In this document: piece by piece, positions 7,381 through 13,943 of the stretch
How positions within the stretch are numbered: the stretch's first letter is position 1
How the letters are laid out: every line of letters begins with the position of its first letter
Assembly: GCA_050748045.1 (NCBI GenBank)
Contig: JBOGIW010000125.1
Location: 1,453-33,452, forward strand
Direction: 5' to 3'
DNA: 32,000 nt
From: Vicinamibacterales bacterium
Lineage (GTDB): Bacteria; Acidobacteriota; Vicinamibacteria; Vicinamibacterales; UBA2999
Notes under the pieces: generated by a model
The model's database searches: none
What the model was told of the DNA's origin: nothing
Seen by the model: only the letters and a program-made list of their open reading frames with translations
Program-made: the position numbers and the translations under genes

Positions 7381-10300
7381 CTATATGCCTCCATCGTCGA
7401 GGATCGTCGTGTCGTCCTTCGCGTCGCCCGGCGCCGTGCCGGCGTAGGTGTCGGAGCTCAGCACGACCTGATCGAACATCACACCGTCTTCGCGCTGCTG
7501 GACTCGCAGGCGCTGCGTCCCGGTGGTATTGAAGTACACGGGGGCTCCCACGTCGCACCAGCCGCCGTCGTGCCAGCCCCAGCCGCGCCGGCCGGCGCCG
7601 TCGCACTGTTCGAGCACGACCGGCATGCTGTTGGTCGTGCCGATGCGGTAGATGGCCGCGCCGGACGCGTTGACCGAGCGGTTGAACTGCACGTGCAGCG
7701 AGTCGTTCGCCGCGCGGTCGCCCGCGGCCCTCATGCGAATCCAGAACCAGTACGGCACGCCCGCCGCGGCGTCGAAGGTGAGCTCGACGTAGCTCCGGGG
7801 ATTGGCGTACGCCGTGATGCGCTTCGCCTCGCCAATATCAGGGTTCTCGATGGCGATGCCGCCCGCGGCGCTCGCTACGCTCACGCGTTGGAACCGCGTT
7901 CCCCCGAAGTTCGCCGCCGGCACGTCCGCCGCGCGCAGAACTATCTCGGCGAGATCGTCCGGCGCGTCGTTCGTCGCGCTCGAGCCACCCACGGAGGCCG
8001 TTGTCGCGGCCGTCGCCTCCTGCCCCACCGAGTCGGTCACCCAGAGCCGAACCGGATAGGTGCCCGGACGGCGATAGGTATGCCTCGCGGTGATGCCCGT
8101 GTCGGCGCCAAGCGTCGTCGGCACGATGGTGGTGTCCACCTTCAGGAGGCCGGGCGAGCGGTCGGAATAGCGGTCGGCGCTGATGACGATTTGATCGAAC
8201 ATGACGCCGTCCTCGCGCTGCTGGATCCGCATCGTCTGGCGCCCGGAGGCCTGGAAGTAGACCGGGGCGCCAGGCTCGCACCAGCCGCCGTCGTTCCAGC
8301 CCCAGCCGTTCCGGCCGGCTCCATCGCACTTCTCCAGGACGACCGGCATGCTGGCGGTCGTGCCGATGCGGTGGATGGCCGTGCCCGACGCGTTGACGGA
8401 GCGGTTGAACTGCACGTGCAGCGAATCGTTCGCCGAGGCGTTGCCCGCCGCCCGCATGCGGAGCCAGACGCGGTACGGCACGCCGGCGCCCGCCTCGAAG
8501 GTCAGCTCCACGTGGCTCGTCGGGTTGGCATACGCGGTCACCCGCTTGGCTTCGCCCGCGTTGGGGTTCTCGATGGCCACGCCGCCGGCCGCCCCGCTCA
8601 CGTTCACGCGCCGAAACCGCGTGCCATGGAAGTTCGCCGCGGGCACGTCCGCCGCGCGGAGCAGAATGTCGTCCCCGAAGTGCCAGTCGTAGCGGACGAG
8701 CGGCGCCTCGGCATCGGTCGACGCGCTGCCGTCCACGGTCAGCGCCGTACCCGCGGTGGCCGTGTAAGGCCCACCTGCCCTCGCGACGGGAGGCTGGTTC
8801 GCGGGCGGGTCGTCGGAGCCTCCGCCGTCACCGCCCCCGCTGCCTGTGTCACCGTCCGATGTGCCCACGCTCTGCGCGGTTTCGAGCTCGCCGATGTCGG
8901 CGCCGATGTCCCGGCCGTCGGTCGCGCGGTTGTTGTAGCGGCTCGACGACGTGAGACGCCAGTCGCCGGCCGCGGCGCTCACAAAGTGCGTGAGGAACTC
9001 CGCGGCGGGTGGAAAGTAGTTGCCCGACGGATACGCCGACGCCGACCCGCCCGCGAGCACGTTGCCTCGGAACACGGCGCCTGGAAAGAACGTGTTCAGC
9101 GTCGCATTCCCCGTCGCCGTTGCCTGCCCCTTGATGCCGTACGTGTTGTGCCGGGACATGTTGTTGGTGAACACGAAGCCCGTGACGGCGCCGGCCATGA
9201 TGTCGACCACCGTCCCCTCGTGCTCGATCGTGTTGTGATTGACGACGACGGTGGCGGGCGCCTCGGAGATGGAGAGGAAGCGCCCGGTGTTGCCGTACTC
9301 GTTGTCGAGGTTCTCGAACACGTTGTTGCGGATCGTGATGTTGCGCGCCTGCTGGCTCGTGTGGGTGTAGTCGCGCCCGAGAATGTGGATGCCGGCGGCG
9401 ACGTTCCGGACGATGTTGTTCGAAAAGGTCACGTCGCGGACAACCGACCAGGGCGCGGTGCCCGACTGGTTCCTCACCGAGAAGAGGATGGCGAACCCCT
9501 GCTGGAATCCGGCCCAGTTGTACTCGAAGACGTTGCCGTCGATCGTCACACGCTGCGCGTTCTTCAGCTCAAGCAGATTCTTCGAGGTCCACTTCGTGCC
9601 GGTCGTCCGGGGCGTCCCCGAGCGTTCGTTGGCGCCGGTATACGTGAACGTCGTCTGCCTGCCCGTGGTCTCGAGGTATCTCGTCTGGCCGTTCGACGAG
9701 GTCCCCCGGTAGATGCGGTACTTGTCCGCCTTCGCGACGGACGGCCACGACAGCGTGACAGACCGCCCGGAGGTGACGGCGATCGACACTTCGGCCGATC
9801 CCGCCGAGTAGCCGTGCCCGCCGCCTGACGCAATGACCGCGGCGACTTTGAAGTAGTGCGTCCCGGAGGAGAGCGACCCGGTGGTGCTCGACAGGGACGC
9901 CGCCGGCCGCGACGGCGTCGCGAGGATCGGGTTGCGCCACGCCAGGTCCTTCGACAGGTAGTTGCCGCGAACCACGATGTCGCTCGGCACGAGATTCAGG
10001 ATCTTGGGATCGTCGCCGCCGAACATGAGGTTCTCCCCCGCCGCCTCGAGGTGGTTGTTGATGATGCGGTACGGCCCGGGACCATTGGTGCCGCCGATTG
10101 CCTGCGAGTCGGAGAAGCTGAAGAAGTCGTCGAAGTAGCTGTTCAGGATGTCGGTCGACGCGCTGTTCAGGTAGATGCCGCGCTTCATCCCCTTCGCCGG
10201 GTGTCCGTGCAGCCAGACGCGATCGATCGCGATCGAGTGCGGCACCTGCGAGAGCGACGTCTGCCCCACGCTCGCGCCAAGCGCCACGAGCGTCTCGTAG

Positions 10301-10737
10301 CCGACGTTGGCGAGCCCGTCGATCTCGACGAACTGGATCCGGTAGTGGTGCGCGCCGGCGGCCGTCCTGAAGATTGGCACCGACTTGCCGGTGCCGCCGA
10401 CGCCGACGAGGCGCGGCAAGGCGCTCCGCCGCGTGTTCCAGCCCGGCTTCCCCTCGGGAATCAGCCGCACGCCCGCCGGCGGAAAGTTCGAGTCGCCCGC
10501 ATCGGATCTGATCGTGATGAACTGGGTTGACGAGGTGTTCTTGTTCCGCAGGATGTAGTTGCCGGTGAACGTCTGCCCGGCCCGCAGCAGGATCCGGTCG
10601 CCTGGCGCCGCCGCGTCGATGGCTGCCTGCACGCTCGAGTACTGACATCCGCTCGAACAGACGGTGCGATCGGCTCCTTCGGCAAGGCCTCCAGACAGCA
10701 GCAGTGCGCACACGAACAGACGAGTCGCGAATCGCAT
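7381..10737 (-). CDS. Secreted multidomain protein: right-handed parallel beta-helix with inserted Fn3-like domain, PKD-like domain and two C-terminal CBM-like repeats
   Basis: 1118 aa; signal peptide MRFATRLFVCALLLSGGLAEGA; VQAAIDAAAPGDRILLRAGQTFTGN; ITIRNNVFENLDN; Fn3-like SVTLSWPSVAKADKYRIYRG; PKD-like GGPYTATAGTALTVDGSASTDAEAPLVRYDWHFG; RBS-like aggag before the ATG. Confidence 0.88.
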   Translation of the reverse strand: MRFATRLFVCALLLSGGLAEGADRTVCSSGCQYSSVQAAIDAAAPGDRILLRAGQTFTGNYILRNKNTSSTQFITIRSDAGDSNFPPAGVRLIPEGKPGWNTRRSALPRLVGVGGTGKSVPIFRTAAGAHHYRIQFVEIDGLANVGYETLVALGASVGQTSLSQVPHSIAIDRVWLHGHPAKGMKRGIYLNSASTDILNSYFDDFFSFSDSQAIGGTNGPGPYRIINNHLEAAGENLMFGGDDPKILNLVPSDIVVRGNYLSKDLAWRNPILATPSRPAASLSSTTGSLSSGTHYFKVAAVIASGGGHGYSAGSAEVSIAVTSGRSVTLSWPSVAKADKYRIYRGTSSNGQTRYLETTGRQTTFTYTGANERSGTPRTTGTKWTSKNLLELKNAQRVTIDGNVFEYNWAGFQQGFAILFSVRNQSGTAPWSVVRDVTFSNNIVRNVAAGIHILGRDYTHTSQQARNITIRNNVFENLDNEYGNTGRFLSISEAPATVVVNHNTIEHEGTVVDIMAGAVTGFVFTNNMSRHNTYGIKGQATATGNATLNTFFPGAVFRGNVLAGGSASAYPSGNYFPPAAEFLTHFVSAAAGDWRLTSSSRYNNRATDGRDIGADIGELETAQSVGTSDGDTGSGGGDGGGSDDPPANQPPVARAGGPYTATAGTALTVDGSASTDAEAPLVRYDWHFGDDILLRAADVPAANFHGTRFRRVNVSGAAGGVAIENPNAGEAKRVTAYANPTSHVELTFEAGAGVPYRVWLRMRAAGNASANDSLHVQFNRSVNASGTAIHRIGTTASMPVVLEKCDGAGRNGWGWNDGGWCEPGAPVYFQASGRQTMRIQQREDGVMFDQIVISADRYSDRSPGLLKVDTTIVPTTLGADTGITARHTYRRPGTYPVRLWVTDSVGQEATAATTASVGGSSATNDAPDDLAEIVLRAADVPAANFGGTRFQRVSVASAAGGIAIENPDIGEAKRITAYANPRSYVELTFDAAAGVPYWFWIRMRAAGDRAANDSLHVQFNRSVNASGAAIYRIGTTNSMPVVLEQCDGAGRRGWGWHDGGWCDVGAPVYFNTTGTQRLRVQQREDGVMFDQVVLSSDTYAGTAPGDAKDDTTILDDGGI
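7444..7951 (-). repeat. C-terminal CBM-like repeat copy 2 (protein-level repeat)
   Basis: EIVLRAADVPAANFGGTRFQRVSVASAAGGIAIENP...REDGVMFDQVVLSSDTY. Confidence 0.8.
8167..8678 (-). repeat. CBM-like repeat copy 1 (protein-level repeat)
   Basis: DILLRAADVPAANFHGTRFRRVNVSGAAGGVAIENP...REDGVMFDQIVISADRY, highly similar to copy 2. Confidence 0.8.
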
Positions 10738-10904
10738 CAGATCTCCTGAGGTTATGGATGGGTTCCGGCCGCGACCGGGCTCAAGGCAAGTACCCGGCCA
10801 CGTCCGGTTCGCCAGGCGTGTCAGAAAACAACGCCTGATCGGGCTGTGAGCCCGCAGGGGACGTTCACGAACACAACTGAGCCAAAAAACTTACTTACAC
10901 GGCA

Positions 10905-10927
10905 CGCGATCCGCAATCCGCGGTCCG
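10905..10927 (-). repeat. Left arm of a 23-bp perfect inverted repeat (GC-rich heptamer family)
   Basis: cgcgatccgcaatccgcggtccg is the exact reverse complement of 11343-11365. Confidence 0.85.
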
Positions 10928-10993
10928 CGATGCGGTGTAGACCTGCGCCCGGGGGGAGGCCCTTTTTCTTGCCGTACACCCGGCTCGCGAAGT

Positions 10994-11116
10994 TCAGGCT
11001 GTTGCGCGGCTACGACTCGATTCCAGCGATGCGCAAAAGCGCGGGCGATGACCGCGTCGGACAACCACATGCCCGCCGATGAGTGGAGATGCGTTGACGA
11101 TGAGGACGTCAGGCAT
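10994..11116 (-). pseudogene. Remnant of a DUF3368/PIN-type toxin
   Basis: Starts MPDVLIVNASPLI (typical DUF3368 start), then an apparent jump to C-terminal-like sequence WLSDAVIAR...ALLRIAGIES* readable in adjacent frames. Confidence 0.5.
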
Positions 11117-11207
11117 CCCCCAGCTCTCGGGCGAGGTCCTGCTCATCGACGATGAACACGTCGACACGCCGGCGAGCGAGCTCGGCGAGAAGCTCGGCCC
11201 GAGTCAT
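11109..11207 (-). pseudogene. C-terminal remnant of a UPF0175-type antitoxin
   Basis: AGMTRAELLAELARRRVDVFIVDEQDLARELGDA*, resembling the UPF0175 C-terminus; its stop overlaps the start of the MPDVL... frame (ATGCCTGA). Confidence 0.5.
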
Positions 11208-11342
11208 GCCGGCGCGGTTTGAGTGCCGCGGCAAACTGCGAGATCGATGCAGGTCTGCTTACTGTCCGTCCGCCTCGACGTTACAATCGACGCGTAAGAG
11301 GCGGATCGTGGATTGCGACTGCAAGGTGCGTAGTGCGAACCC

Positions 11343-11373
11343 CGGACCGCGGATTGCGGATCGCGGATCGCGG
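11343..11373 (+). repeat. Right arm of the inverted repeat plus extra heptamers
   Basis: cggaccgcggattgcggatcgcggatcgcgg. Confidence 0.85.
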
Positions 11374-11376
11374 ATC

Positions 11377-12954
11377 CTACGGCTCCGGGAGCAGCTTCAG
11401 CAGATCGAAGACCGGCTCGAGGCGCGCGCAGTCGGCTCCCTTCCCGGGACTCCACTCCGCGCAGGCGTCGGCGGTCAGCCTGGCGGTCATGGCCGCACGG
11501 GAGGCGCTGACGTTCGCATCGCCGCCGTTCCTGTACGTGTTGTAGCGTGCCAGGTGCGCCGGCGGCGCGTCGCCGATGACGTTGCCCGCAATCTGCAGAT
11601 CCGCAGCGACGAACGCGTCGAGACCGGTGCCGTAGTGGTGGCCGTCGGGCGCCGTGATCCCGTAGCGGCCGTTGCTCGTGAAGACGTTGTCCACGAGCCA
11701 GACCCCTTCCATCGGCCCGCCAGGCGTGGAGGCCTCGCCCGTGGGCCAGGCGCGGCCGTAGGAGCCGGTCAGCCACGCCGGCCCCCGGTTGATGAACGTC
11801 GACCGCTCGATGCGGATGTCGTGGCGGTCCAGCACGTTGGCGATCTCGATCGTGCGCCCGGGCCTCGAGAGCTGCACGTACACGTTCCTGAGCGTCACGT
11901 CGCGGAGCTTCCCGTCGTTGTGGCTGTTGCGCTGCCACGAGTAGCCCTGGAAGGAAACGCCGGCGGCGACGTTCAGCATGACGAGGTCCTCGATGAGCAC
12001 GTGCTCGAGGTTCCCGCACTGGGGGCATCGGCCGTTCGTCGTGTAGTTGACGAGGAGGCCCGTGCCGTCCTGGGCGGCGCGCCAGGTGTTGACGGCGAGG
12101 ACGCGCCGCACGGTGATGTTCCGTCCGTGCTTGAGCTCGAGCAGGTTCTTGACCTGGCGGTTGCGGCCGTCCTGCTGCCAGCGCAGCGGCTTGTGCAGGA
12201 TGACGTCTTCGATCAGCCAGTCCTCCGGCAGCATCTCCGCCGAGGCGATCGGCGCACCGCCGATGATCACGTTCTCCGCGCCGGCGGCGAGATAGGAATG
12301 CCGGACGCGGACCCGCTGTCCTCCATTCCACGATCCGACGCACTGCGCGTCCTGCCCGGCGACGAAGATCTCCTCGCACCACACCTGCCGGATGTCGATG
12401 TCCCGGCCGTTGGCCGAGATCCCGCGCTTCTGGCCGAACTGGCGGCTGCCCTGCAAGAGCACCTGCCGGATCGTGATGTGGCGCGCCATGTTGGCAGCCT
12501 CACGCTCGCTGCCCGACCCAATCCGGATGAGCTCGCCCTGCCCCGCGGGCGGAATCGCCTCGAAGGCGAGGCCCACGAGGTTGAGATGGCCTCCCGTGGG
12601 GCCATTCTGGATCTCGATGCCTGCATTGGAGCGGGCGGAGCCCCGCAGCACCGCCATGCGCGGCTTGTCGTCCGGCGTCACCAGGCCGTCCCAGCCGTCG
12701 CCTTTGTCCTTCCACCCGCGCGTGGTGATCGTGAGGCGCGTCTCGGCGTCGGCGCCAGGCTTGGGCTTGACGACGATCGTGCCGTCGTAGACCTTGCCGG
12801 GATCGAGGGTGAGCGTGGTGCCGGCCGGCACGGCGTCGATGGCCGCCTGGAGCGCCTCCGCGCACGCCGGGCCGCTCGTGACGCACGGGACGTGGACCAC
12901 GTCGCGCGGGGCGCCGTCTCCCCATGCGAAGAGCACGAGCAGCGCGCCGATCAC
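11377..12954 (-). CDS. Secreted right-handed parallel beta-helix protein, paralogue of the 7381-10737 product core
   Basis: VIGALLVLFAWGDGAP (signal-like), LQAAIDAVPAGTTLTLDPGKVYDG, HITIRQVLLQGS, VKNLLELKHGRNITVRRV, EHVLIEDLVMLNVAAGVSF. GTG start proposed at 12954, overlapping the upstream stop (GTGA). Confidence 0.82.
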   Translation of the reverse strand: MIGALLVLFAWGDGAPRDVVHVPCVTSGPACAEALQAAIDAVPAGTTLTLDPGKVYDGTIVVKPKPGADAETRLTITTRGWKDKGDGWDGLVTPDDKPRMAVLRGSARSNAGIEIQNGPTGGHLNLVGLAFEAIPPAGQGELIRIGSGSEREAANMARHITIRQVLLQGSRQFGQKRGISANGRDIDIRQVWCEEIFVAGQDAQCVGSWNGGQRVRVRHSYLAAGAENVIIGGAPIASAEMLPEDWLIEDVILHKPLRWQQDGRNRQVKNLLELKHGRNITVRRVLAVNTWRAAQDGTGLLVNYTTNGRCPQCGNLEHVLIEDLVMLNVAAGVSFQGYSWQRNSHNDGKLRDVTLRNVYVQLSRPGRTIEIANVLDRHDIRIERSTFINRGPAWLTGSYGRAWPTGEASTPGGPMEGVWLVDNVFTSNGRYGITAPDGHHYGTGLDAFVAADLQIAGNVIGDAPPAHLARYNTYRNGGDANVSASRAAMTARLTADACAEWSPGKGADCARLEPVFDLLKLLPEP

Positions 12955-13769
12955 GGGCGGTCCGGCTTGCGCAGCTCGAACACGGTGACGCTGGCGTAGG
13001 TGCGGAGCCACGGGTGCGCAGCGAGCAGACGGCTGTCGAGCGCGCGCGTGCGGGCCTGGAACGAGTCCGACGCGCCGAGGATCGCCGCCAGCCTGACGAA
13101 CGGCAGCATGAACTCGCGATGTCGTCCGGCCTCGAACGGCCGGCTGAACGACGAGATTTCCGATCGGAAGAGCGGGCGCTCGAACGGCGACACGTCCCGC
13201 TGGCGGTACGGGACGAGCGGCCGGATCGCCCGCAGGAGGCGCGACTCGCGGATCGGCTCCATGAAGATCGCACGGCCGCCCGGGCGCAGGACGCGGTGAA
13301 CCTCCCGCGACGCCGGCACGAGATCGAGATGGTGCAGCACGGCATGGCCGACGACCAGATCGACCGCCTCGTCGGCCAGCGGAATCGCGTGCGCCGATCC
13401 GCACAGGACGCGCACCGAGTCCTGGAAGCCGTCAGCGAGGGTGCGCATCGCCGCGCGCTGCAGCAGGTCCGGCGACAGATCGAGCGCATAGACGCGCGCA
13501 CCTCTCGACGCGAGGAGCGACGTGTCGCCCCCGTCGCCGCAGCCGTAGTCGAGCACCGTCTGGCCGCGGATGTCGCCCACGAGGTGATAGGCGTACTCGA
13601 GCGGGAACGGCGTGTCGGCCGGCGGATTCGCGTACCGGTGCAGCACGCGCGGAGAGGTCTGCCGCACGCCCTGGCTCAGGGAGGCCTGCACGCGGCTCCT
13701 CGCCACCTCGGCGCGTTCCCATTCCACCAGGACCGGTGCCTTGACAGCGCTCATCGGCGGGGCGTTCAT
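12951..13769 (-). CDS. Class I SAM-dependent methyltransferase
   Basis: TVLDYGCGDGGDTSLLASRGARVYALDLSPDLL, AVDLVVGHAVLHHLD, HRVLRPGGRAIFMEP; aaggag RBS upstream of the ATG at 13769. Confidence 0.9.
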   Translation of the reverse strand: MNAPPMSAVKAPVLVEWERAEVARSRVQASLSQGVRQTSPRVLHRYANPPADTPFPLEYAYHLVGDIRGQTVLDYGCGDGGDTSLLASRGARVYALDLSPDLLQRAAMRTLADGFQDSVRVLCGSAHAIPLADEAVDLVVGHAVLHHLDLVPASREVHRVLRPGGRAIFMEPIRESRLLRAIRPLVPYRQRDVSPFERPLFRSEISSFSRPFEAGRHREFMLPFVRLAAILGASDSFQARTRALDSRLLAAHPWLRTYASVTVFELRKPDRP

Positions 13770-13856
13770 GCAAGGAGCGAACCCGGCCGCCAACCTCGAC
13801 CGTCGGGCGGCGGATGGACAATCTCTGCTCAGATCTCGGCAAGGCTCCGCCCGTTC

Positions 13857-13867
13857 TGTGCTATGTT
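13857..13867 (+). promoter_or_regulatory. Possible extended -10 promoter for the operon starting at 13944
   Basis: ...TGc-TATGTT (TATGTT at 13862-13867) in the 174-bp divergent intergenic region; no convincing -35. Confidence 0.25.
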
Positions 13868-13943
13868 CCACCCCCTGCGCGCGGAAGGCTCGCATCGCGG
13901 GCAGGCCCGAGCCGCAATCCGGGTGATTGCGTCAACATCCGCC

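Noticed and set aside
7336-9828. Long plus-strand ORF (830 aa) opposite the beta-helix gene
   Set aside because: Arg/Val/Ala/Pro/His-rich shadow translation of a high-GC gene. The opposite strand encodes clear domain motifs and a signal peptide.
10905-11365. Inverted-repeat-bounded block considered as an insertion sequence
   Set aside because: No transposase or target-site duplication is visible. The repeat arms belong to a short satellite family found elsewhere, so it is reported only as a repeat-bounded TA remnant.
12924-13943. Upstream extension of the 1162-aa ORF ahead of the aminotransferase domain
   Set aside because: The extra 340 aa are the antisense of the methyltransferase gene and have no domain features. 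Start set at ATG 13944, though a GTG at 13923 is also possible.
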